Positions 30,477 to 38,084 of a stretch of DNA of 38,084 nt are shown in pieces. Made by a program: the position numbers and the translations under genes. The first letter of the stretch is position 1. Each line of letters begins with the position of its first letter. The notes under the pieces are model-generated. The model saw only the letters and a program-made list of their open reading frames with translations, was not told the origin of the DNA and searched no databases. Where the stretch lies: the IMG/VR virus record IMGVR_UViG_3300048913_000099. The stretch is one strand, 5' to 3'. This DNA is from a virus.

Positions 30477-32872
30477 TGCGCGCCAGTCCTGTGGACCTGA
30501 TCGGCGGCTTCTACGCCGACGACACGCTGCCGTGGTCGTGCCAGGACACCGTGAACTGGCTGCCGGTGATGGCGGAGGTTGGCGGGACGCGCACGCCGAG
30601 CAAGCTGGCGACGCCGCCGGGCCTGAAGCCCTACCAGCGCGTGGGCACTGGCCCGATCCGCGGTATGCACGATCTTGAGGGCGCCCAGTTCGTTGTTTCC
30701 GGTCGGTATCTGTACCAGATCGGGAACAGCGGGGTGGCTATTCCGATTGGCGTGATCCCTGGCGTTGGCCGGGTGAGCATGACCCACAACCAGTTCAAAA
30801 CCGGCTATCAGCTGCTCGTGGAGAACGGGCAGGGCGGTGGCGGGTACATCTACGACTCCAACACCAAGGCGTTTTCCCGCATCACGGACGAGGGCTATCC
30901 GGGCTCTATCTCGTCCGACTATCTCGATTCCTACCTACTTGGCGTGGAGCCGCAGGGCCGGTACTGGTTCCACAGCAATCTGGCCGACGCCACCGACTAC
31001 AACACCCTGGACCGGTACGAATCCGAGGCATCCCCGGACAAGATCGTCGGCCTGGCCGTGAGCCAGCTCGAAGTGGTGGTGTTCAACCAGCGCACCATTG
31101 AATTCTTCTACAACGCTGGCGGGGCGACTGGCACGTTCCAGAACCGCCGACAGTCGATCACCCGCGGGTGCGCATCACGCCACACCATCGCAAAGCTGGA
31201 CAACACCTTGTTCTGGCTGGGCGACGACGGGATTGTGTATCGCCTAGAAGGCTACTCAGCCCGTCCGATCTCCACCGGCCCGATGCACCGCGCATTCGCT
31301 GGCAAGAACTGGAGCGAGGCGTTCGCCCAGGTCTGGGAAGATCGTGGCTTCAAGGTCTACTACCTGACCTTCCCGGACGGCATGACCTTCGGCTACGACG
31401 TGGTGTCCGGTCTCTGGACCCGCCGTGAGTCGTTCGGCCTGAACCGTTGGCGTCTGAGCCACATCGTCAGGTGGGGTGCCAAGTGGTATGGCGGCGACTA
31501 CCAGGACGGCCGGAACTGGGAGCTGGACTGGGACTACTTCCTTGAGGGGAGTGACCCAATGGTCAGCGAGCGGGTTTCGCCGGTCCTGAGCGACAACCAG
31601 AGCATGTTGCTGATTCCGAGCGCAGAGCTGATTTTCGACACTGGCCAAGGCCCGGAGACGATCCCCACCGAGTTCCCGCCGCAGCCGTCTTCGCCGACTC
31701 TGAGCGGTGATGCTCCGGATACGTTGCGCGGGATCGTCTACACCGACTTCACCTACACCATCGCTGGCGGGGAATCTCCCTATACGGTGGTCGTATCCAG
31801 TGGGAGCCTCCCTCCTGGCCTGTCTATCAGCAGCTCTGGCGTGATTTCTGGGACGGCTACTGCCTCGGGCATGTTCAAGTACACCTTGCGCGTGACTGAT
31901 GCAAAGGGGCTGTGGACCGAACTGGCAGATTCGATTGGCGTGTCAACGCAGGTCCTGGCGCTTGGCGCTACGGCAGGAAATACAAAGATTGTCACGCGTC
32001 GCAATCTGAGCGGCACCTGGTCGAACGTGAACGCCGGTACGGCCGCAGGCTCTACGAATCTCGAAGGTCTCGCCAGTGGCAGATTCATTGCATGGATCGC
32101 CGGAGCGGCCTTCTACAGCGACGACAGCGGATCAAATTGGACGCAATCGGCCAGCACAATCGACTCTTCCGGTGGGTCTAGGAACGGAGATTCGCTTGGG
32201 GCTGTAGTGGTACTCGGTGGTGGTCTCGGAGCGTTCTATGTAAGCACGAACAGCGGCACGACCTACGCCACCCGTACGGCTACCACTACCTTCTTGGGCA
32301 ACCCGCTCATCGTGAAGGCGGGGCCGAACACGGGAAGAATTCTTCTGGTCAATTCGCTGCCCACCTCCGCAAATTCCTACAGCGACGACCAAGGGGTGAC
32401 CTTCGGTTCTGTCCCTGCACATGGCGTGACGCGTTCCTCCGGTGGGTCCACTCATTCGTCTGGCGAGTACCAGTACATCGGCGGCAACGTTGCCGCTGGG
32501 GGTAAGCCCCGAGTGGCAGTGATGCAGGGCGGCTCAACCTTGCTTCGAACACTGACCCTTGCAGCGGCAACCAACGGCACGGTGAGCGCAATTCTGCGTT
32601 ACCCGATGGGTTCAGGTCAGCGCTTGCTGATGGGGACCTCTACGGGCGAGTTGTGGGCCTCGGATGACAACGCAGTGACGGCAATTCGCATCCCTCTTGC
32701 ATCCGGCGGGGCTATATCCGGCCTGGCCTTTGATGGCGCCCGCCTACTTCTGTCCTCCAGTAGCGGATCGATGCCAGTTCGGGTCAGTGCCGACAATGGA
32801 GTTACCTGGGTGACTGAGAGCAATCCCAGTACTGGCGGAATTACTTCGCTCGCAGGACTTCCCAATGGCTGA
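30476..32872 (+). CDS. P22 gp10-like tail hub (packaged-DNA stabilisation protein) with a C-terminal Ig-like plus BNR/Asp-box extension (798 aa)
   Basis: The N-terminal roughly 400 aa carry gp10-type motifs (GRVSMTHNQ, YESEASPDKIVGLAV, IEFFYNAGGATG). A He_PIG-type Ig motif (SGSLPPGLSISSSGVISGTATASG) follows. After that come SxDxGxxW-type repeats (YSDDSGSNWT, STNSGTTYA, SDDQGVTFG, SADNGVTWV). Confidence 0.75.
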   Translation: MRASPVDLIGGFYADDTLPWSCQDTVNWLPVMAEVGGTRTPSKLATPPGLKPYQRVGTGPIRGMHDLEGAQFVVSGRYLYQIGNSGVAIPIGVIPGVGRVSMTHNQFKTGYQLLVENGQGGGGYIYDSNTKAFSRITDEGYPGSISSDYLDSYLLGVEPQGRYWFHSNLADATDYNTLDRYESEASPDKIVGLAVSQLEVVVFNQRTIEFFYNAGGATGTFQNRRQSITRGCASRHTIAKLDNTLFWLGDDGIVYRLEGYSARPISTGPMHRAFAGKNWSEAFAQVWEDRGFKVYYLTFPDGMTFGYDVVSGLWTRRESFGLNRWRLSHIVRWGAKWYGGDYQDGRNWELDWDYFLEGSDPMVSERVSPVLSDNQSMLLIPSAELIFDTGQGPETIPTEFPPQPSSPTLSGDAPDTLRGIVYTDFTYTIAGGESPYTVVVSSGSLPPGLSISSSGVISGTATASGMFKYTLRVTDAKGLWTELADSIGVSTQVLALGATAGNTKIVTRRNLSGTWSNVNAGTAAGSTNLEGLASGRFIAWIAGAAFYSDDSGSNWTQSASTIDSSGGSRNGDSLGAVVVLGGGLGAFYVSTNSGTTYATRTATTTFLGNPLIVKAGPNTGRILLVNSLPTSANSYSDDQGVTFGSVPAHGVTRSSGGSTHSSGEYQYIGGNVAAGGKPRVAVMQGGSTLLRTLTLAAATNGTVSAILRYPMGSGQRLLMGTSTGELWASDDNAVTAIRIPLASGGAISGLAFDGARLLLSSSSGSMPVRVSADNGVTWVTESNPSTGGITSLAGLPNG

Positions 32873-33092
32873 TACCGATCATTTTGTTGACGTGTCCTAC
32901 AGCAAGGACGGTGGCCGCAACTGGAGCAACCGCAGGCGGTATTCGATAGGCAAAATTGGGCAGTACGATCAGAGGATCAGGCTTCTGCGTCTGGGCCGAG
33001 CTCGGCAGTGGGTGTTCCGGATCACAGTGTCCTCCGCACGAAAGCGCGATCTCCTTGGCGCCGTCGTGTCTGTCGAGGGAACGGACGACTGA
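32865..33092 (+). CDS. Separate 75-aa ORF equivalent to the conserved C-terminus of gp10-family proteins
   Basis: VSYSKDGGRNWSNRRRYSIGKIGQYDQRIRLLRLGRARQWVFRITVSS parallels the gp10 C-terminal segment as I recall it (..TTDGINYG...YDKRVLWKRVGRIRRLIGFKLRV..). It overlaps the upstream stop by 8 nt. Confidence 0.6.
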   Translation: MADTDHFVDVSYSKDGGRNWSNRRRYSIGKIGQYDQRIRLLRLGRARQWVFRITVSSARKRDLLGAVVSVEGTDD

Positions 33093-33637
33093 TGCTCATC
33101 ATTGACGGTGCAAACCTGGACGCGCAGGCGCTCCGGGCAGCGGGCCTGTGCGCGCCGTATGTGGATTGGCCCGGCTATGACGGAGAGGTCTACAAGCGCG
33201 TGTGTCTGACCGAGATCCCGGGCCTGCAGGATGCAATCGAGGCCCAGATGGGTCCGGTCGAGATGCTGGGCATGGGCTACCGGCTCAACTTCAACCGCGA
33301 GCTGCCCAATGCGGCGATCCACTCGGACATGGGCTGGGGCACGCACGCCGCGGTGCTGTATCTGAGCGAAGGGGAGGGTGGCACGGCCTTCTGGCGGCAC
33401 AAGGCTACCCGCGCAGCCCGCATCGATCCCGGCGACATGGCCCTGTTTGAACAGGTCCGCCACGACTGGGACGACGCCAGCAAGTGGGACCAGGTCGGCC
33501 TGGCTGAAATGAAGCTCGGTCGCCTGCTGATCTACGAATCCGCACTGTTCCACAGCCGCTGGCCGTTCGAGGCCTTCGGCACCGATTACGACTCTGGCCG
33601 CCTTGTCGCGGTCGCCTTCTTTACCCCGAGGGGCTGA
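33092..33637 (+). CDS. 2OG-Fe(II)-oxygenase-like (cupin/DSBH) protein, 181 aa
   Basis: The HxD (IHSD), GTHAAVLYLSEGEGGTAFWRH, the distal His (ALFHS) and a downstream Arg (GRLVAVAFF) fit the facial triad plus the 2OG-binding Arg. It has an ATGA overlap with the upstream gene. Confidence 0.55.
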   Translation: MLIIDGANLDAQALRAAGLCAPYVDWPGYDGEVYKRVCLTEIPGLQDAIEAQMGPVEMLGMGYRLNFNRELPNAAIHSDMGWGTHAAVLYLSEGEGGTAFWRHKATRAARIDPGDMALFEQVRHDWDDASKWDQVGLAEMKLGRLLIYESALFHSRWPFEAFGTDYDSGRLVAVAFFTPRG

Positions 33638-34086
33638 TGACCATCATCCGCAAAGGAACTCTGGCCGACGTGCCGGAGATCGTCCGCATGTCCGCAGCTT
33701 TCTACCCGACCACGCATTACGCCCAGTGGTGCGACATGGACGAGGAGACGGTGGCTGATCTGGCCTCCGGCCTGATCGAGAGCCACATCTTCTACGTGGC
33801 TGAGGACGGCGGACGACTGGTCGGCATGGTCGGCCTCTTCATCATCCCCTTCATGTTCAACCGGCACGCCACGTCCGCTGGCGAGGTCGTGTGGTGGGTT
33901 GACCCCGAGGCCCGCGGCTCTCGCGTTGCCGTCTCGCTGCTTCAGGCAGTTGAGGGCGCTTGCCGCGATGCAGGTGCCGACCGAATCCAGATGGTCCACA
34001 TGCCCAACAGCCCTCCGCAGGCCGCAGCCCTCTACGAAAAGTTGGGCTACTCCCGATCCGAAATCAGCTATACCAAGGACATCTGA
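33637..34086 (+). CDS. GNAT-family N-acetyltransferase (149 aa)
   Basis: The motif A region is VVWWVDPEARGSRVAVSLLQAVEGACRDAG, and the C-terminus is LYEKLGYS. The start overlaps the upstream stop. Confidence 0.7.
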   Translation: MTIIRKGTLADVPEIVRMSAAFYPTTHYAQWCDMDEETVADLASGLIESHIFYVAEDGGRLVGMVGLFIIPFMFNRHATSAGEVVWWVDPEARGSRVAVSLLQAVEGACRDAGADRIQMVHMPNSPPQAAALYEKLGYSRSEISYTKDI

Positions 34087-34088
34087 CC

Positions 34089-34808
34089 ATGGCCGCAATC
34101 ACCGCAGCAGCAGTCGTTGCCGCAGGCAGCGCATACGCCGCCAACCGCCAGGGCGCGGCCCAGAAGAAGGCTGGCCGGGCGCAGGCCAGTGCAGCTCAGC
34201 AGACGCTTGACCAGCAACAGGCGCTGTACAACAACGCCGTGGAGGGCGCGCAGCCCTACGCGCAGGCTGGCACCAACGCGCTCGGCCAGCTGGAGGCGGT
34301 CAATCGCGGCGACTACTCAGGTTTCGAGAACGCCCCTGATTACCTGTTCGCGCGAGATCAGGGCATCCAGGGCCTTGACCGTGGCGCAGCAGCTCGGGGC
34401 GGCTTGTACTCGGGCGGCGCTGACGCCGACCGGATGGCCTTCGCCTCGGGCTTGGCAAGCCAGAACCTCGGCCAGTACACCAACCGCCTGATGGGCCTGA
34501 CGCAGCTCGGCTCGAACACCCAGCAGTACCTCGGGCAGTTGGGCCAGAACTACGGCAACCAGTTCGCCAACGCTATGGGCATCAAGGGGCAGGCGAACGG
34601 CATGGTGGCGAGCGCTGGCGCAGCAGCGCAGGCGGGCTATGGCAACGCGCTGGCATCCGGTGCTGGTGCATACCTGGGGGCAGGCGGCGGTGGGGGTGGC
34701 GGGAACGCTCTCGGCAGTCTGCAGGGATTCGGCAACAACATGGACGGCCTGATGGGCCAAGCCGGCGCTGGCCGCCGATCCAGTTTCGACTTCAAGGGGT
34801 GGGTCTAA
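34089..34808 (+). CDS. Ejection/internal virion protein (gp7 position, 239 aa)
   Basis: It has a hydrophobic Ala-rich N-terminus, low-complexity Gly/Gln/Ala-rich sequence and a GGGGGGG tract. It lies in the ejection-protein block. Confidence 0.6.
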   Translation: MAAITAAAVVAAGSAYAANRQGAAQKKAGRAQASAAQQTLDQQQALYNNAVEGAQPYAQAGTNALGQLEAVNRGDYSGFENAPDYLFARDQGIQGLDRGAAARGGLYSGGADADRMAFASGLASQNLGQYTNRLMGLTQLGSNTQQYLGQLGQNYGNQFANAMGIKGQANGMVASAGAAAQAGYGNALASGAGAYLGAGGGGGGGNALGSLQGFGNNMDGLMGQAGAGRRSSFDFKGWV

Positions 34809-34811
34809 GCC

Positions 34812-36263
34812 ATGGCTGATTTCCAGCAGAACTTCATGAACAGCTTGGCTGGCGGATTCCAGTTCGGCCAGCAGGTGCGCGGTGTGCAGGACCGCAACAA
34901 GATCAACCAGCTTGCGTCGATTGCATATCAGGCTCCGGCCGATCAGCGCCAGGAGATTCTGGGTCAGGCCGCCGCGGTGGACGCAGGCCAGGCCTTTGCG
35001 TTGGATCGGCAGCTCGGCAACAATGACGAGCGTCGCAACACGACCATGATCAACATGGCCAAGCTGCTGACCTCAGCACCGGAGCAGGCCCGGCCGGGGC
35101 TGTACCAGCAGTTCGTCCCGACCCTGTCCAAGTTCGGCCTGTCCGATCTCCCCACTGAGTACAACGCCCAGACCGCACCTGTAATCGATCAGGCCGCGCA
35201 GTCGCTGGTGCAGGCTTACAGCGGCGGGGCGGCGGGTTCGGGTGTCCAGTCCACCTATGTGGACAACAACGGGCAGCGTGTGGCCATCATGCGCGACGGC
35301 TCCACCCAAGTTCTTGGCGGAAACGACGTTGGCGCCAACCAGCAGTCTCTGACAATCGATGTCAACGGCACCCCGACGCAGGTTACTTTTGACCGCCGCA
35401 CCGGCCGGTACACGAATGCCGCTCTTGGAGCCCCGGCCCAGCAAGCCCCGCAGCAGCCGCAGGGCGGCTACCAGCAGATCAACGGCCAGCAGACCTACAT
35501 CGATCCGAACCTCCCGCCGCAGGTGCAGCAGCAGATTCGCCAGTCGCTGGCCTCGGGTCAGGAACCTCCGGCACAGATGGCGTTCGCCGGTCAGCCCCTG
35601 GTGGGGCGGCGCGCTGAGGATCAGGCTGCAGCGGTAGAGGCGGCCAAGCTGGCGGCCCAGCAGCAGTTCCTTCCTCAAGAACTGGGTATGCGCACGCAGG
35701 CAGCGATTCAGCAGGCGGGCGGCACCGCGCAGGCGAAGGGGGAGGCAGAGGCCAGGCTTGATGCAGTCCAGAACCTGCCGCGCGTGATGCAGGAGTCCAC
35801 CAATGCGATCCGCCTGATCGACTCGGCGCTCAACCATCCAGGGCTGGCTACGGCGGTGGGTGCATCTGGCCGAATCGACCCGCGTAACTACGTGCCGGGC
35901 ACTGACGCAACCGATTTCCGGGTTTTGCTCGACCAGATCAAGGGTGGCACCTTCCTGCAGGCGTTCCAGAGCTTGAAGGGCGGCGGTGCCATCACCGAGG
36001 TGGAAGGAACCAAGGCGGAGCAGGCAATCGCTCGTCTCAACCGAGACCAAAGCGAGCAGGCATTCCGCCAGTCGCTGCAGGATCTCCGTGAAGTTGCCCA
36101 GTCGGCCATTGCCCGTGCTCAGTCCAAGGCTCAGGCAGCAGGGGGTGGCACCGCAGTGCCGGGGGGCGCAGCACGCCGAATCCAGTCCGCCGAGGACTAC
36201 AACGCGCTCCCGAGCGGTGCGCTGTTCATCGCTCCTGATGGCACCCAGCGGAGGAAGCGCTGA
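34812..36263 (+). CDS. Ejection/internal virion protein (gp20 position, 483 aa)
   Basis: It is a Q/A/G-rich protein in the ejection block, tightly packed with its neighbours. Confidence 0.6.
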   Translation: MADFQQNFMNSLAGGFQFGQQVRGVQDRNKINQLASIAYQAPADQRQEILGQAAAVDAGQAFALDRQLGNNDERRNTTMINMAKLLTSAPEQARPGLYQQFVPTLSKFGLSDLPTEYNAQTAPVIDQAAQSLVQAYSGGAAGSGVQSTYVDNNGQRVAIMRDGSTQVLGGNDVGANQQSLTIDVNGTPTQVTFDRRTGRYTNAALGAPAQQAPQQPQGGYQQINGQQTYIDPNLPPQVQQQIRQSLASGQEPPAQMAFAGQPLVGRRAEDQAAAVEAAKLAAQQQFLPQELGMRTQAAIQQAGGTAQAKGEAEARLDAVQNLPRVMQESTNAIRLIDSALNHPGLATAVGASGRIDPRNYVPGTDATDFRVLLDQIKGGTFLQAFQSLKGGGAITEVEGTKAEQAIARLNRDQSEQAFRQSLQDLREVAQSAIARAQSKAQAAGGGTAVPGGAARRIQSAEDYNALPSGALFIAPDGTQRRKR

Positions 36264-38084
36264 TGGCCAATCCTTGGGATGAGGACGAAATTGTAGCCGC
36301 TGCCCCAGCGACTCAGCCCGTCCCGTCGATGGTCGCGCCTGCTGCCCCTGAGCAGGGATCGAGCGCACCTTGGGACCAGGACCCTATCGTTGATGAAGGC
36401 GGCCAGGAGCCGCTTGAGATCGATATCGTTGGCGGCGTTCGCGAGAGTGACCGAGCGGTGCAGCAGGCCGCCGCGAATCCGACCGATTCTATGAGCGGCC
36501 TTGATCGTTTCAGTGCCGGCGTGGGGAAGTCCCTAGTCGACACGTATCAGGGCCTGAAGCAGTCAGCGGTTGAGGGCCAGCCCACCGGGTGGGCGGCGAT
36601 CAACTCTGGTGTCCTCGGGCTGCTGCAGGGCCGGGGATTCACCGAGAGCGCCCTTGGCGGGTTGTCGGAGCTGGGCCAAGCGCGCCAGCAGATGCGACAG
36701 GAGACTGCCGACCGGCGAGAGCTTGACCGACCGCTGCTGGATACCGGTGCAGGCATGTCCGGCAACGTTCTTGGCACGATCGCTCAGCTTCTCGGGCCGG
36801 GCCTCGCCGCACGTGGGACAGCAGCGGCCCCGGCGCTGCTTCCCACCACCATCCGAGGCAATGCGCTGCAGGGTGCCGTCATCGGTTCAATCCAACCAGC
36901 CGCCAGCACCGAAGAGCGCGGAGTGAATGCACTCGTCGGCCTGGCCGGTGGCGGCGGTGGTGCAGGTTTGGCAAAGCTGGGGGGCGCGACCTACAACGCA
37001 CTGGCTGGCCTTGGCCGCGGCGGACTCTCGACCGCTGATCGTGGCGCCGCGCAGGTCCTGATGCGCGAGGCTTCAGACCCCGCTGCACTGCAGAGGGTTG
37101 CCCCGTCTCAGGTTGACGGCGTACAGCGCACACTTGCCGAGGAAACGCTTGATCCGGGGATCGCGCGCCTCGAACGAACCTCGCGCAGCACCGGCGGGCA
37201 GTTCGACGCGATCGACCGAGCCAACAATGCTGCGCGCGTCCGCGCTCTGGAGACGTTCGCTCAAGACGAAACCGCGCTGGCGGCCGCAACTCGCGCGCGA
37301 AACCAGGACACCAAGGCGCTGCGAGAGCAGGCCATGCAGGACCGAGGCGTTGATGTGGCCGCGGTCCGCAGCGTTCTGGATCGTCAGTTGGAATCCACTG
37401 CGACCCGTCCCTCGGTCCAGTCAGCCCTTCTGGATGTTCAGCGCTCTCTGGATGAGGCGGGCGACGATGTGTTCAGCCTCTACGGCACGCGCAAGTACAT
37501 CGATGACCTCCTGAGCGGGAAGGCGGGCAGCGACAAGTCGTATGCCAAGGCTGCTACGAAGGAGCTGATGCAGATCAAAGGCGCGCTGGACTCCAAGCTC
37601 GCAGATGCCTCCCCCAGCTTCTCGCAGTACCTGGAGAAGTACCGTGAGATGTCCGGCCCGATCAACCGTATGCAGGTCGGCCAAGCGCTGACCGGGCGAG
37701 GCTCCGGCGGTGCGGTTATGGACCCGGTGACGGGCGTGCAGGTCCTGACGCCGGCGCAGTTCAGCAAGGCGTCGCGCTCTCTGGACGACGTTGCTGCCAA
37801 GGCCACAGGCTTCAAGAAGGCCAAGGCTGCGGATATCCTTCGCCCCGGCGATATCGCGATCATTAAGTCGATTCAGGACGATCTCGAGCGGCAGGCATTC
37901 CGAGCCACGGCCGGCAGCGGCGGCAACTCCCAGACCTTCGAGCGTCTTGGCGTGCAAGACCGAATCGCCAAGGGTGCAGGACGTGAAGCAATGGGGCTGA
38001 TGCCCGGTGGCCGCTATGTTGGCGACCTGCTCGACATCCTGGACAAGAGCAAGAACGACCAGTTGAAGGAGCGACTGGCCTACC
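36263..38084 (+). CDS. Ejection/internal virion protein (gp16 position), 5' part; runs off the window and ends at 258 after the circular wrap
   Basis: The ATG at 36263 overlaps the upstream stop (TGATG). My hand translation is open to the window end and in phase with ORF 34..258. Confidence 0.75.
   Translation, partial: MANPWDEDEIVAAAPATQPVPSMVAPAAPEQGSSAPWDQDPIVDEGGQEPLEIDIVGGVRESDRAVQQAAANPTDSMSGLDRFSAGVGKSLVDTYQGLKQSAVEGQPTGWAAINSGVLGLLQGRGFTESALGGLSELGQARQQMRQETADRRELDRPLLDTGAGMSGNVLGTIAQLLGPGLAARGTAAAPALLPTTIRGNALQGAVIGSIQPAASTEERGVNALVGLAGGGGGAGLAKLGGATYNALAGLGRGGLSTADRGAAQVLMREASDPAALQRVAPSQVDGVQRTLAEETLDPGIARLERTSRSTGGQFDAIDRANNAARVRALETFAQDETALAAATRARNQDTKALREQAMQDRGVDVAAVRSVLDRQLESTATRPSVQSALLDVQRSLDEAGDDVFSLYGTRKYIDDLLSGKAGSDKSYAKAATKELMQIKGALDSKLADASPSFSQYLEKYREMSGPINRMQVGQALTGRGSGGAVMDPVTGVQVLTPAQFSKASRSLDDVAAKATGFKKAKAADILRPGDIAIIKSIQDDLERQAFRATAGSGGNSQTFERLGVQDRIAKGAGREAMGLMPGGRYVGDLLDILDKSKNDQLKERLAY
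37958..38084 (+). repeat. 127-nt exact repeat of window positions 1-127 (circular-assembly overlap or terminal redundancy)
   Basis: A direct comparison of both ends shows that they are identical. Confidence 0.9.

Larger units (their letters stand above)
1..38084. mobile_element. Complete temperate phage genome (lambdoid control and replication regions plus a P22-like podovirus virion module), unit length 37,957 bp
   Basis: The window contains int/xis/attP, a divergent cI-cro switch, replication genes, nin-type genes, a Q-like gene, a lysis cassette and a full packaging/head/tail gene set. Nt 1-127 are identical to 37958-38084. Confidence 0.9.

Noticed and set aside
32860-32875. A programmed ribosomal frameshift joining the 798-aa gp10-like ORF to the 75-aa ORF.
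   Set aside because: There is no slippery heptamer or downstream structure at the junction (CCCAATGGCTGATACCGAT). An ATG with an 8-nt overlap fits translational coupling. A sequencing indel remains possible.
34675-34705. A G-rich tract encoding GGGGGGG in the ejection protein, considered as a slippage-prone homopolymer.
   Set aside because: The DNA is mixed GGC/GGT/GGG codons with no long mononucleotide run, so phase variation is unlikely.
1-38084. CRISPR arrays, diversity-generating retroelement parts (reverse transcriptase, TR/VR pairs) and toxin-antitoxin pairs.
   Set aside because: I saw no regularly spaced direct repeats, no RT-like ORF, no duplicated variable region in the tail genes and no recognisable TA gene pair.

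Overview
This window is one complete temperate phage genome. Nt 1-127 repeat exactly at 37958-38084, so the unit length is 37,957 bp and the assembly is circular or circularly permuted. The largest ejection-protein gene starts at 36263 and finishes at 258 across the junction. GC is high (above 60% by eye, GC3 about 80-90% in real genes), which fits a proteobacterial host and produces many long spurious antisense ORFs. The layout is lambdoid with a P22-like podovirus virion module, in this order. (1) Tail fibre and receptor-binding genes at 517-5141. (2) A convergent O-antigen-type acyltransferase moron at 5064-6092. (3) attP at about 6384-6606, whose core is the 3' part of a tRNA-Leu(UAA) and which is flanked by arm-type repeats. 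(4) int and xis at 6613-7730. (5) A long leftward early operon (7717-14993, minus strand) encoding a Lar-family protein, a DUF551 protein, a YqaJ exonuclease, a mini-SSB ending in DDDIPF, a tRNA-like relic and many small ORFs. (6) PL/OL at 15046-15093. (7) An immunity operon in which cI is translationally coupled to an unknown tail-anchored 210-aa ORF (15130-16442). (8) OR/PR/cro at 16445-16704. (9) O-like and DnaC-like replication genes with iterons inside the O-like gene. (10) NinB, DUF1364, RusA and a Q-like protein. (11) A PR'/tR' unit at 21135-21214. (12) The lysis cassette: GH24 endolysin, three membrane proteins and embedded i/o-spanins. (13) terS, terL, portal, scaffold, coat, gp4-like and gp10-like genes, then ejection proteins. 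The leads I rank highest are: the cI-coupled membrane ORF; a 2OG-Fe(II)-oxygenase-like plus GNAT gene pair sitting where P22 has genes 26 and 14; a gp10 tail-hub homologue carrying an Ig-like plus BNR/Asp-box insertion, with its conserved C-terminus on a separate overlapping ORF; and an antisense 52-aa membrane ORF inside the late operon. All functional calls come from motif recognition by eye and gene order. No database search was run.
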